A stretch of DNA of 64,000 nt from Octopus sinensis (GCF_006345805.1 NC_043013.1:36890001-36954000), one strand, 5' to 3'. Shown: positions 13,904-26,550, numbered from the stretch's first letter. A program made the numbers and translations. Notes: a model not told the origin generated them from the sequence alone.

Positions 13904-14569
13904 GTTGTTGTTGTTATTATTGTTATTATTAATGGCAATCTCCCTGCTGATATAGCAGTTTGTAGAACTACTCCAGTCAACAAAAGAGACACACAGTTTG
14001 ATTGCTGTGCAGAAGGGGTTCTCAGTTTTTTTTTTACAGGATGGTACAAACAGTAAATAGATCCGAAAGATGTAGTTTCATCTCTTGGCATTTAAATTCA
14101 AATCCTTCCATGACCAGACTTTACTTTATATCTTTCAAGAGTCAACGAAATCTGTACGAGTGATAGATAGGCTCAGGTCATTTCAAACAATTGTACACCT
14201 ATTCTTGCAATGGTTTTGGCCTTGTTCCAATGGCCGGAGTCTTCTTAGTTCACACCTAGCTTTCTTAATTGAAACACAATCGTGTTACAAATGTATGTAT
14301 ACATTCACACCTAAACACCAAACATCATCTCCTAGATGGATGTCGTCAAAATAGAAACACATGTAAGATATGAAGATTCACAGCATTTAAGCCTTCTGGT
14401 GTGCATTGGTGTGTATATATGTGTGTGTATGTGTTAATTATACAAGTACATGCAAAGACGTTTGGCTGTCTTGCTTCATCACTATATTTCTTTGTATGAG
14501 TCCTTACCCGCTCTCTCATTTATATACATATATCTATGTATGTATGTCTATGCATGCATGTATACATAA

Positions 14570-14775
14570 GATGTTGCTTTTGACTAGCCCTGGGTCAGCC
14601 CTGATCAAACATACCTCTGATCAAAAGGCTCCAGCTGTTACAACCCTGTCATTTTTTTTTCCAGACACAGTATCCTAGCATTGCATTATTTACTGTGTCC
14701 TCTCTCTTTTATTTTAGATAATTAGAATGTGACTAAGTATAGATTTGGCTGCTATTTCTACAGATCATTTAGCAG
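14570..14775. mobile_element. Interspersed repeat (family E); motif GATTTGGCTGCTATTTCTA recurs at about 5305, 11816, 13428, 14741 and reverse at about 48345; related left part at about 11545-11655, 43585-43690 and reverse at about 57940-58010
   Basis: Directly visible multi-copy motif, with a (ttg)n-agccc.gg.tcagccctgatc terminus in several copies. Class (probably SINE) not established. Confidence 0.55.
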
Positions 14776-14817
14776 TTCTCTTGTCTTATCTCATGTTTAA
14801 GTAAGTGGCTGGCTGTG

Positions 14818-14859
<42 letters not shown>

Positions 14860-15341
14860 TCTGTCTTGGTTCTATCACCACACATTTTCACATGCACAGC
14901 CTTTAAGCAACATGAATAACTTTAAAGTCCCATGATAAACATGTTTTCCCTCAGACCCTATTGTGTATTACTAGTGTTTATTTTATTGAAGCTGAAAGGA
15001 TGAAAGTGAAGATCCACTGCTGACAGGATTTGATCTCAGGCTCAGGTGGGAAGAAACTTAACACTGTAGAGCATTGAGATCTTTACTGCTCCAGCTACCT
15101 CCTTTCAACCTATATCTCTTTTTATTTGTATATGGAAGATTCTGACTTCTCTCTTTCTCTTTCCCTCCCTTTCTTCTTTGTATATCTGTGTTTGTGTGTG
15201 TCAGTGTTCTCTCCCCACTCTCTCTCTCTCTCATGTTCTAAATTCTTTCTCTGAGACCCTGCTACTGAGGAAATAGATATGGAAGGGTGTTTACAAATGG
15301 GATTGGAAGAAGGCTGGGTTACATAGCATGTTAATGTTTTG

Positions 15342-15378
<37 letters not shown>

Positions 15379-16144
15379 TGTGAAGGAGACAAGCAAGGTA
15401 AGTGGGGAGAGAAGGGGATGGAGTAGAGTTTTACTATATTTTATTTTATTTAGCATTTGTTTTGTCTGCAAAGGAATGAAGGTGTCAGGGTCTTTTCTGT
15501 TCCATTCCAGCATCAAGGAGAGGGCTCTATGGTAGGGCAGGGGTTGGATAAGCAGTTTCCTCTTCTTTTTTTTTTTATCTTAGCCCCAATCATCTCAACT
15601 ACTAACAACCTACCCCTTCTTTTGTTTATTTATTTTTTACAATTCTGAGATTAAAGTTATAGCAATGCTGCTGCTACTGCTGCTGGTGGAATCAAGAGCT
15701 TTGGTAACTGTGGCTGTGGGGGGGGGGGTTAACTGTCCCCATGGTAATGTAAGGTGGTATTGATGATGAGGCTAGTGAAGGTTTTTGCTAATGGTTGGGT
15801 AGTGGGAGATTAACAGTAATCTTAGTAACAGTGATAATTGATGTAGTGGCTGTTGTTCTGATGGTGGTGGTTGTATTTTGAGAGCCTGCCTCTGTTTAGA
15901 ATATCATTGGTATCCTTAATGGTTTTGCCCAGAACTTCCCAGAATATAAGTTCATGAGTTTCTATGTATTCATGCATGCATATAAACACACACATACAAC
16001 ATGTACATGTACATATACATACACTTTCTGTCTGTCTATCCCCCCTCTTTTTCAAACACACACACACACACACAGATTATAAACCAAGACATTTTATTTT
16101 GTGTGCATGCTTGTATAGATATATTATTCCTTTATTCGTTCCAT

Positions 16145-16330
16145 TCATTTGACTGTGGCCAGGCTGGAGCACCGTCTTAAAGGGTTTAATCGAATAAATC
16201 AACCCAAGGACTTATTTTTTGTAAGTTTAGTACTTATTCTATCGGTCTCTTTTGCTGAACTGCTAAGTTATGGGGACATAGACACACCAGCATCAATTGT
16301 CAAGCAATGGCACAAACATACACATGTTAA

Positions 16331-16373
<43 letters not shown>

Positions 16374-16535
16374 ATAGGCTTCTTTCAGTTTCCATCTACC
16401 AAATCCACTCACAAGCCTTTGGTCAGCCTGAGGCTGTAGTAGAAGACACTTGGCCAAGGTGCCATGCAGTGGGACTGAAACCGGAACCATATGGTTGGAA
16501 AGCAAGCTTCTTACCACACAGCCATGCCTGTACCT
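16145..16535 (-). mobile_element. tRNA-derived SINE (family A), near full length, with internal (TA)/(CA) microsatellite
   Basis: The - strand reads GGCATGGCTGTGTGGTAAGAAGCTTGC...GGTTCCGGTTTCAGTCCC (pol III A/B-box-like head), then a CCTTGGCCAAGTGTCTT CORE-like block. It aligns by eye at roughly 85% with the copy at 59271-59612. Confidence 0.88.
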
Positions 16536-17894
16536 ATTAGATGAGAACTTATATAAACAAACAGGGTTTAACAGAATAACCAAAAAAGTAAATACATAAA
16601 AATTCCGGGTGGCAAGTGATAGAGAACACATTTATGTCTTAAGTGTAACATGTATTTAGTTATATACACAGAACTTTAGTGTGTTTGGTACAATAGATAA
16701 AATGAGTTGGTGTGGGAGACTGTTATTTCTGTCTGTAGCTAGGTCTAACTTCCAAAAATAATGTCCCTTACCTACATTTCTATACATATATACACCCCTA
16801 AAGTAACAAACACTGAAATAAATGGGCACTCTAACATCCATATATACATACATACATCCATTTTCTTTTAATATACACAAAAGAAAACAACTTAGAAGTA
16901 AAAAAAAAAAATAGGGATTAACTCTATTTTTTTTATATCTAACCTTTAGTACTCCAGTGTGTGGTACACATTCATATGTCCTGTTATATATAGTTCTGAT
17001 GTTGTCAGAATGGTTAGAAAAGGGCGTGGCCCTCTGGATTAACCTGCCACTTTGAAATTTGATTTTTTTTTTTTTTTTCTTCCTGTAATTGTACAGTGTA
17101 TTTTCACTTCAGAACATAGCAAGCAACAACCACCAAGAAGAAACAAATCTAATCTCCACACCACCACACCACCACCACCAGCACTAACAACCAACCTTAC
17201 CAGTGTTCATTATTTTGACTAGAAAATCTTTACCTCCTTTCTCTTTAGGCTTCTTTTCCCCCACATAGTGAAAAACCTTAATTTTATTTCCACTTATTTA
17301 TTTTTAATCTCAAAAGTAACTTTGTGTAACTTTTGCGGAAACCAGATTCTACTTTTTGTCTGTTAATCTCTACCACCAGTCAGGAAAGGAAAAGACAGAA
17401 GAACTCCAATACTTCTTTATCTGTATCACTAACCATCCACCACTGCCTCACCCTGTAAACCCAGCCACCCAAAAGGTTGTGTGGTGAGGGAGTAGGAGTG
17501 GTGCTGTTGCTTTACAAGAATATAAATTCCTTAGCTTTGTGATGGTAGTGGGAGGTTCAAATTTGTTAATTAGACACAGACCAGAGAGTACCAAATTCCT
17601 TTATGTGTGTGTGTGTTGGTTGTCTGTGCATGCGTGTGTGTGTGTGTGTATATACACACATACATACAAAACTGGCATACATAGTTTCCAAATTTATTAA
17701 TTAGAGACAGGCTATAAAGTACTAAATTCCTTCTTATCTATCTGTATAAATATATACATATACATATATTTATACACTATGCGCATACATACACATTGTT
17801 TGAGATAATTTTCCTTCTATTTATTTATATTCTTCACCCTGAAATGATTTTTTTTCTTCTCTCTTCTCCTTACAAAAAGAAAAACCATATTACT

Positions 17895-17930
<36 letters not shown>

Positions 17931-18888
17931 TCTCTCGTCCTCTTCTGTCTGTGATTCTCTTGCTCTTGCTCAGTAATTTAGTAATGGTAATAGCAGTGCT
18001 AGTTGTCATGGTTGTTGTAATTTCTGTTGTTTTTGTTTTGTTGTTGTTTTTTTTTTTCCCCCCTCTGTTATCTTCAGCACTGATTGGTTATTTCTATACT
18101 AAAGTTTTCTGGGTAAAACTGTGCCAAAGATAAGATCAGATCTGCTTGTATTATGTATATGTTTGTATGTTGGTTTCTATGTTTTAATGTGTGTACGTGT
18201 GCTCGTGTGTGTGTGTGTCTATTACACATATGAAAACTATGTCCCATAATCTTGATGATATATTTGAAATGAAATATTAATTCACAGCTCTTATCTATTT
18301 ATATATAGACGTTGCTTTTATATTTATTTTACTTCAATAATTTATTAATGTTGTGTATGAGCAATAGCATAAACGTATACTTAACAAGTTATCTACTGAG
18401 CTGGCCACAATTTTGTATGCTTAAAACCCAGCACTCGCTTTGGTTTGTGTGTGTATGTGTGTGTGTGTGTGTGTGTACATGTGAGTTTGTGTGTGAATCT
18501 GTACGTACACCAACAAGTGTATAAGCACACAAAGAAAACTATATGCACCCAGTTACTAATTACACAACGAAACAGTTTCTGCTATTGTTGTTGTTGTTGT
18601 TGTTGTTTCTTACCTTTTTGCTTATCATCATCATCATCATCATCATCATTACCATCATCATCATCATCTTCATCATCATCATCATTAACATCATAGTTAT
18701 GACTTCAAAAACGGTACACAGGTTATTTTAATATTTGCAACCCTAATTCAGAATCCCTCTCTCACTGCAACCCTTTCCCCTCATCATTTATGCCACCTTC
18801 ATCATAATCATCATCCTCATCATCATCACCACCACCACCACCACCAGCACAGCTATAAGCACAACTAACGCACTGCAATATTTTGCAG

Positions 18889-19041
18889 ATGGTGAACCTG
18901 AGTTAGATGAAGAAAACGCTCCTCAACAGGCCGACACCACTCAGGAGTCAGAGGTTGCAAACCACACTGCTTCGCTGGCTCCCTCAAACTCTTCGCTACT
19001 GAACACTAGTTGTCTCCTCTCTACTGGTTCAGCTCCCACAG
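18889..19041 (+). CDS. ZFHX3/4 (zfh2): Internal coding exon A of the ZFHX3/4 (zfh2)-like gene; phase 1-1, 153 nt; (D)GEPELDEENAPQQADTTQESEVANHTASLAPSNSSLLNTSCLLSTGSAPT(G)
   Basis: Branch point CTAAC at 18865-18869, acceptor ttttgcag|AT and donor ACAG|gtaggt. The 51 codons are stop-free and non-repetitive inside repeat-rich DNA. The final G joins the GT starting exon B to give GGT in the zinc-finger frame. No family motif lies in this exon, so assignment rests on splice signals and frame. Confidence 0.75.
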
Positions 19042-19657
19042 GTAGGTGGCAGCACTCCATCATTTCCACCATACCACTACCAACCACTGTACACGTTCGC
19101 TTAGCTTACAGATGAATTAACTGAACTAACTTGATGATAACAAATACTAACCTCATTTGAAAACAGTAAAGCTTTCGATCGGTGCTTTCCTCTTTATCAC
19201 CCAACCCAATCTTACTAGCTTCCTTCCACTTACTTAACTCACTTGTAAATTTGTTTGACAAAATCCTGTCCAATATTTCCTGGTTGCAGTTGGGTGCATT
19301 GTGTGTGTGTGTGTGTGTGTGGCATTTGTGTTACGGTTGTTGTGTAGCTTTTGGTCTGTTCTGAGTTTTGGTCACTAATGTTCCAGCTGTGATTGATAAT
19401 ACTGGTTTTTTTTTCAGACATGTTATATCCAACACTACATTATCTTATATGCCCTTCATAGTTTAAAACAATAGGTTTGATTTGAGGGAAATTTTGTTTC
19501 TATATTGAGTAGGTCAAGTGACCCCCTCTTCCCCTCTAGAGACTCTCTCATTGGCTTGACCACATTTGGTGTCATCCATAGGTTCTCATTTAATATGCAA
19601 ATGCATACATACAGAAAGATATTTTGCCTACATGTGCTTGTTGTGCATATGTATATA

Positions 19658-19891
19658 CAGGGTGGCCCGAAAGTAGGTTTACAGGTATTCAACTACCTCT
19701 TTCGCATTCATATATTAACAGTTTAGATCTTAATTATAAAAGAATATGAAACCATTATTCTATGCTAATTTAGTCCATTTTGTCAAGCTCCCTTTTCAGT
19801 TTGTAAGATAGAAATTTCAATGTAATAAAATGTTTTAAAAGAATTTTAAAGTACCTACATGATAACTGTAAACCTACTTTTGGGTCACCTG
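19658..19891. mobile_element. Tc1/mariner-type MITE, 234 bp
   Basis: Left TA|CAGGGTGGCCCGAAAGTAGGTTTACAG; right end reverse complement CAGGTGACCCAAAAGTAGGTTTACAG, about 27-bp TIRs with a few mismatches. AT-rich non-coding interior. Confidence 0.85.
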
Positions 19892-20397
19892 ATACATATA
19901 TATATATATATAGTTATGTATAGTTGTGGTCTTATACAATGTTTCAGAAGTGACAATGAGCAAAACTAACGTTTGTTCTCTTTCACTCGCCACTATACCA
20001 GATGACCTTTTCTGATATGAAACCACTTTCAATGAGTGGATTAAAGCCATGCTGGAGCACCACCTTCATAAGTGCTGTTGCTTTGAATATACTGACCCCA
20101 GCACTTGTAGATCACTGCTACTTTTTAATCAGATGAACAGCAAATTCGACCTGAATAGAATCAAGCTTTTAAGATAAGACACCCAGTATTCGATTTTTGG
20201 GCGAAAGAGGTTTCCAAATTCAGCCTTGTGGAAGCCACCACCAATTTTACTTGCCAATTTATCATTAGTTAACACCATCACCAATATACTATTGTAATTA
20301 GTTTTGTTTGTTCATTTTTATATCATTATTTTTGTCTGCAACTTCTATATTATCATTTCATTATGTTGGTATTACTGCTGCACTGTTACTATGTGTC

Positions 20398-20438
<41 letters not shown>

Positions 20439-20452
20439 ATATACACACATAT

Positions 20453-20594
20453 AGGCTTATCTGCAGTTTCTATCTTCCTGTTCTCACTCGCAAAGAATTG
20501 GTCAGCCCAAGGCACTTGCTCAAGGTGCTATGCAATGGAATGGAACCCCAGCCCATGTAGTAGCAGTCAGCTTCATAACCACACTGTCATGCTT
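20453..20594 (-). mobile_element. Diverged 5' half of a family A SINE
   Basis: ggcttatctgcagtttctatc...ggtcagcccaaggcacttgctcaaggtgctatgcaatggaa...accacactgtcatgc parallels 16377-16530. Confidence 0.65.
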
Positions 20595-20657
20595 TAGTCT
20601 AAGCCATACATGCATGTAATCAGTGTGACTTGTATCTAGCCATAGTGTGCCTATACC

Positions 20658-20692
<35 letters not shown>

Positions 20693-20730
20693 GCATGTGT
20701 GTATACTTGCACACACACATGCACACACAT

Positions 20731-21445
20731 TATTTCAGTCATTAGACTGTGGCCATGCTGGGGCACCACCTGGAAGAATTTTAGTTGTGCAAATTGCCTC
20801 CAGTGGAGGTACATTGCCTAGTGGTTAGAGCAGCAGATTCGTGATCGAGGGATCACGGGTTTGAATCTCACACCAGGTGATTGTGTGTTTATGAGCGAAA
20901 CACCTAAGGTCCATGTGGCTCCAGCAGAAGGTACAAACTTCTGACTCTTTCGCCACAACTTTCTCTCACTCTTTCCTCCTGCATCTAGCAGCTGATCTGA
21001 GATGGACTGGCATCCCATCCAGGTGGGGAACCTATACGCCAATGAAACCGGGAAGCCAGCCCTTATGAGCCAGGTATGGTTCGAGAAGGAACAAACAACA
21101 AGAAATTGCCTCAACTACTTAATATTTTCTTTCTTTTTTTTTTGTAAAGCCTGGTGCTTATTTGATTTGTCTGTTTTACCAAACTGACCGACGCCAGTTG
21201 TCATGCTATGATGGGGAACAGAGACACAAAGACATACATTCTCCGCTATCTATTTATGTATCTATCTATCTATCTATATACATATGTGTATATATGTATG
21301 TATATATGATGGGCTTCTTTCAGTTTCTGTCCATCAAATCCACTCACGAGGCTTTGATCAGCCTTAAAGTAGAAAACACCCAAGGTGCCCTTCAGTGGGA
21401 CCTAACCTGGAACTATGTGGTTGTGAAGCAAGCTTCTTACCGCAC
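20731..21445 (-). mobile_element. SINE family A copy interrupted by a nested family B SINE
   Basis: 3' part at 20731-20804 (tttcagtcattagactgtggccatgctgggg) and remainder at about 21103-21445 (gggcttctttcagttt...cccaaggtgcc...agcttcttacc) both match the 16145-16535 copy, separated by a 298-bp insert. Confidence 0.8.
20805..21102 (+). mobile_element. tRNA-derived SINE (family B), full length, flanked by a 14-bp target-site duplication
   Basis: Head GGAGGTACATTGCCTAGTGGTTAGAGC...GGGTTTGAATCTC (A and B boxes); tail GGAACAAACAACAAG. TSD aaattgcctccagt (20791-20804) and aaattgcctcaact (21103-21116). Confidence 0.85.
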
Positions 21446-21895
21446 AAATATGATTTTAGTCTTTGTGTGTGTATATATATATATATGCATGTATATATAT
21501 TCATTCATTGTTTGACCATTTTCTCATTCTAGCAGGTGTTGAGTGAATATATATTATTGAAGTATCTCAACACATGCGTATATATGTGCACGTGCACTCA
21601 CATATGCATATTTATATGCTTTGGAATTATGTTTGGTTTTTTTTGCCTTTCTTATTTGTATTTGTTTGCTGCTGCTGCTGCAGTTCCTGACAATGATGCT
21701 GATGTTGTTGTTCTTGTCACATGCTGCTGAGCTTGTTGTCCTTTGCTGTCTTAGATATTTTTGTTGACTTCCCAAGCATTGTTGTCAGCTCTCCTCCTGC
21801 CTTTTACTACTCTCCCTTATAGTAAGCACCTGAACAATGATGCCTTGAATTAATATTCTTCCTTCTTCCAGCCTTTTTCTCCATCCTGCCACCAC

Positions 21896-21933
<38 letters not shown>

Positions 21934-22666
21934 ATTTGTTGGGGTGGTGATGGTGTTGATGTTGATGATAATGGTGTTATTTCCATCAGGAGGAGCAAAT
22001 GATAGACAGACAGACAGACAGATAGAGAGGTAGATAGACAGACAGACAGACAGAGATATATAGATAGACAGATAAATAGATGTAGTAAGAGAACTTTGAC
22101 ACATATAAGCATATATAAACACATGCAGACTCATATATAAACACACAGTGCAGCTATAAAATGTGTGTATGTTTGTGTGTATAATGTCTTTTAATATAAT
22201 TTGGCTGATTTCGTTGTCATGGAAACAAAGTTTTCCTATTCATTAGCCTGATGCTATCATATGATAGACTGATTTATTCTGTTTCATTTCTTTATACAGA
22301 TTTTCCTCCTCCCTGTCTTTCTCTCTCTTTCTCCTCTCTCTCTCTCTCTCTCTCTCACTCACTCCTCTCTTTCTCTCGATCCTTCTCTCTCTCTCTTTCG
22401 CTCCTTGTCTCTTTATTATTCTTTCTCATTCTCCCAGTGTCTTATTCTATTCTATCTTTTTCTCATAGGTTTTTTTTTAAATGTATTAGTTTTTGTTTTG
22501 TTTTACGTATTTTTTAAGAATATGTTTGAGTTTTTGTTTTTAATTATAAAAGTAGATTACTTTATCTTTACTCCCCTCTTCCTACCCTTCCCTTACCTTC
22601 CATTATATCTATATGTCTATCAGTCCCACTACAGTTATCCATCCATTATGCTTTCTGTTTATCTAA

Positions 22667-22714
<48 letters not shown>

Positions 22715-23530
22715 GCACACAATCTCTAATAATTTCTCAGTATATTTGTCTGTCTATTAATCCATGTATGTGTACAGGACCTGGAGTGTTGACTGGTTCC
22801 AGGAGCACAAGGACAATTACAAATTCCGCATCTTATTCTTCACTCCATCTACTATCATCTCTTTACCATTCCATCCCTTTCTCCCTCTGTCCCTCGCTCC
22901 CTAATAAAATTTTTTTTTTTTTTTGTTTTCATTTTGAAAAATTTTGTTTATTTCCTTCTTCCTTATTTTCCCCCCCTCTCTCTCTCTCTCTCTCTTCTCA
23001 CCCTGTCCACATCCTGACAAATTACAACTCTTCCCCACCCCTCGTATTTAAAACATCGACATAATCCGGACGGAAAGTCTCGAGGTGCCGGTCTTTAGCA
23101 GCAGAATTGTCTCTGGCAAGCAGTTTCTTTTGTTCTGTCGATCAATTGGACACTGCCATTCGTTTCTACAAAAAAAAAAAAAAAAAAAACGACCAAAAAC
23201 AACAAAAGCAAAAAAGATATTCAAGAACCACTTACACATTTACACATACATGCATATACATACACATATATGCAAGCAGAAATATGTACATACATTGACA
23301 TCTCCGTGTCAATTGGCTCAATGCTGCTTGCTTGTTGAGACGCAGACTCAGCATCTGAGAGGCTTGCACTTAACCCACGACCCATCCTTCTCCTCTCCAC
23401 TCCTGTCTTTCCCTCATATCATTTCAGCATTTCGAAAATCTTAACTAAAATAATGAAATCATTTTCCACACACAGACACCTATCCATGCACACACACTTA
23501 CACTCGTATATGTGCACATACACTCATTAT

Positions 23531-23561
<31 letters not shown>

Positions 23562-23581
23562 CACCTATCTATCTATCTCAG

Positions 23582-23617
<36 letters not shown>

Positions 23618-24431
23618 GCACACAATCTCTAATAATTTCTCAGTATATTTGTCTGTCTATTAATCCATGTATGTGTACAGGACCTGGAGTGTTGACTGGT
23701 TCCAGGAGCACAAGGACAATTACAAATTCCGCATCTTATTCTTCACTCCATCTACTATCATCTCTTTACCATTCCATCCCTTTCTCCCTCTGTCCCTCGC
23801 TCCCTAATAAAATTTTTTTTTTTTTTTGTTTTCATTTTGAAAAATTTTGTTTATTTCCTTCTTCCTTATTTTCCCCCCCTCTCTCTCTCTCTCTCTCTTC
23901 TCACCCTGTCCACATCCTGACAAATTACAACTCTTCCCCACCCCTCGTATTTAAAACATCGACATAATCCGGACGGAAAGTCTCGAGGTGCCGGTCTTTA
24001 GCAGCAGAATTGTCTCTGGCAAGCAGTTTCTTTTGTTCTGTCGATCAATTGGACACTGCCATTCGTTTCTACAAAAAAAAAAAAAAAAACGACCAAAAAC
24101 AACAAAAGCAAAAAAGATATTCAAAGAACCACTTACACATTTACACATACATGCATATACATACACATATATGCAAGCAGAAATATGTACATACATTGAC
24201 ATCTCCGTGTCAATTGGCTCAATGCTGCTTGCTTGTTGAGACGCAGACTCAGCATCTGAGAGGCTTGCACTTAACCCACGACCCATCCTTCTCCTCTCCA
24301 CTCCTGTCTTTCCCTCATATCATTTCAGCATTTCGAAAATCTTAACTAAAATAATGAAATCATTTTCCACACACAGACACCTATCCATGCACACACACTT
24401 ACACTCGTATATGTGCACATACACTCATTAT

Positions 24432-24462
<31 letters not shown>

Positions 24463-24481
24463 CACCTATCTATCTATCTCA

Positions 24482-24482
<1 letters not shown>
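22715..24482 (+). repeat. Tandem duplication, two near-identical ~902-bp units (22715-23581 and 23618-24482), each bounded by (TA)n
   Basis: Track ORFs 22405..23064 and 23512..23967 share identical C-terminal text. The differences I found are an A-run of 20 vs 17 and tcaagaacc vs tcaaagaacc. Confidence 0.97.
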
Positions 24483-24520
<38 letters not shown>

Positions 24521-25049
24521 TCTCTCAAAGACCATGACTTTTCAATCTTCCAGTTCTTCCTGTTGTTTCTTCTAACTTGTCACTCACACATGCATGCGTG
24601 TGTGTGTGTGTGTGTGTGCATGTCTTCTTGGGTGTGTGTATATATGTGTGTGTGTGTGGGTGTGTGTCTCCTTGAGCCACAGGGATTTTAGCTCAGCTTT
24701 GATTCAGGTTCCTGTAAGTAGCACACAACAACACATATCTCTAAATATAATTGTCAATCCATGTATCTTTAATTATTTTCTCTTTACCTTGCTATTCTCT
24801 TCCACAGGATTTCTCACTACTTTTGTTCTTCCTTCGCTTTTCTCTTTTTCTTTCTTTTCTTCTTCTAAAACAATAAAAATCTTTTTTTCCTATTTTTCCT
24901 TAAAATTTTAATGTATTTTTCATTAAAAAAAATATTGTACATTACTCATTCATTGTTTTCTCTCTTTCTCTTCCCCCTCCTCCCACCATCGCACCACCAT
25001 TGAATATATGTTGCTACCTTCAAGATAGGATTTGGTCCTTTTTCTCTCA

Positions 25050-25105
<56 letters not shown>

Positions 25106-25149
25106 CTCTTATTAAATCTTTTGTGAAGAATTTGAATAGCATGATGATG

Positions 25150-25180
<31 letters not shown>

Positions 25181-26337
25181 TAACTCAGAGGCTGAAATGA
25201 GTGTTGTCAGTATAAAACAATAATGATAAAATTATCTGTATTATTATTAAATGTAAATTATAATAACTAAAATAATAACACTATTAATGATGATGAGAAT
25301 GGGAGGTGATGATCCAAACAGTGCAAATGCCTAAGTTAATTAGTTGGATGGGAGAAAAGTGAAACAAAAAAAATATAGCCAGTGGTGTGGGGGCTAAAAT
25401 GTGGCAACTAGAGCAGGGTAGAGGGGTGGGTGAGGTTTTTTAAATCAAGGGGGGGGTTTGTGGTGGTGGTGGTGGTGGTGGCAAGGTGACTTTTTTTTTT
25501 TTTTTGTAGGATGATTTTTTATAAGGGCAGCTGGGTGTGAATATGGCTGTATGGTCCAATGGTTTTGACAAATAATAAAAATTAGGGGAAAAAAAAAAAT
25601 TTGAAATTAAAATGAAATAGATTCATTAGAAATATTCACTTGCTAAATTTTAATGAACTTTTTTCAAACTGAACCATCTGACCATTTTGATGAGGAAATG
25701 GGATCCATGAAAAAAAATATATTTAAAAAAAAAAAAAAGGAATGAATGAGTAGAGTTAGTTTTTGCAAACAGAGTTGTAGTTCTTCTAATTGGTTAGTAG
25801 TGGTGTTGATAGTTGTGGTGGTAGTTGTAGTTGATGTGTTTGGGGATTTTGTAGATATACAAATCATATTTTCATATTTTAAAAGAAATGAGAGTTTGTG
25901 TTATTAAAGCTTTTTTTCATCAATTGTTGTTATCTTTGTGTTTCTGAGTTCAAATTCTGCTGAGGTCAACATTACATTTCATCCCTTGGGCTCAACAGAA
26001 CAAAGTACCAGTCAAGTACTGAGATTTGTGCTATTTGAGTAGCTGTCTCTCCTCATATTTGCTGGCCTTGTGCTTAAATCAGAAACTACTATCATCACCA
26101 CCATCATCCTTATTCGTTTTTGGAGTACTGGGCATGCTGTGGCTTATGATGCATAGACATGCACTGAGAAAGGGACAATTCCTGGACATTGATCAGGTAT
26201 GGTTGCTCTTTGTCAGACCAGATTTTATGGGGTACTTGACATCTAGAAACTCTGGGCATCATTGAAAATCAAATGGCCTGGCAGTGCTACTGGGTGGTAG
26301 GGAATTGCTAATCCAAGATGAACTCTGCTGGTATGGA

Positions 26338-26550
26338 AACACCTTTAATTAGACCTGTCCAAGATGCTCACAGGCAATGAAACTTTATTCACATGCATTA
26401 GCTTGTAGCTTTGAGATTTCAGTGATGTGATTGTATATCTTCAGAATGACATTGTAGGCTAGGTGTGAGAGGCCAGATTTAACTATGATCAACATAAAAC
26501 GAGTAGTATATTTGAGCCTGATATGGCCAGATTAAATGCCAAGGAGTTAA
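26338..26550. mobile_element. Possible decayed TTAA-type MITE
   Basis: Right end aatgccaaggagTTAA and interior gtagctttgagattt...gaatgacattgtagg.taggtgtgagaggcc resemble a common octopus repeat from recall. The left terminus is degenerate. Confidence 0.35.

Noticed and set aside
14040-14354. Good-looking acceptor (t)11acag at about 14039 followed by complex sequence
   Set aside because: The phase-1 frame needed to join exon A stops within 6 codons, and there is no convincing donor.
20805-20880. tRNA-like sequences here and at 52931-53005 and 16470-16535
   Set aside because: They have A/B boxes but no complete cloverleaf, and continue into SINE bodies; these are SINE heads, not tRNA genes.
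22715-24482. Possible CRISPR-like or satellite array
   Set aside because: There are only two long units and no repeat-spacer periodicity anywhere in this eukaryotic window.
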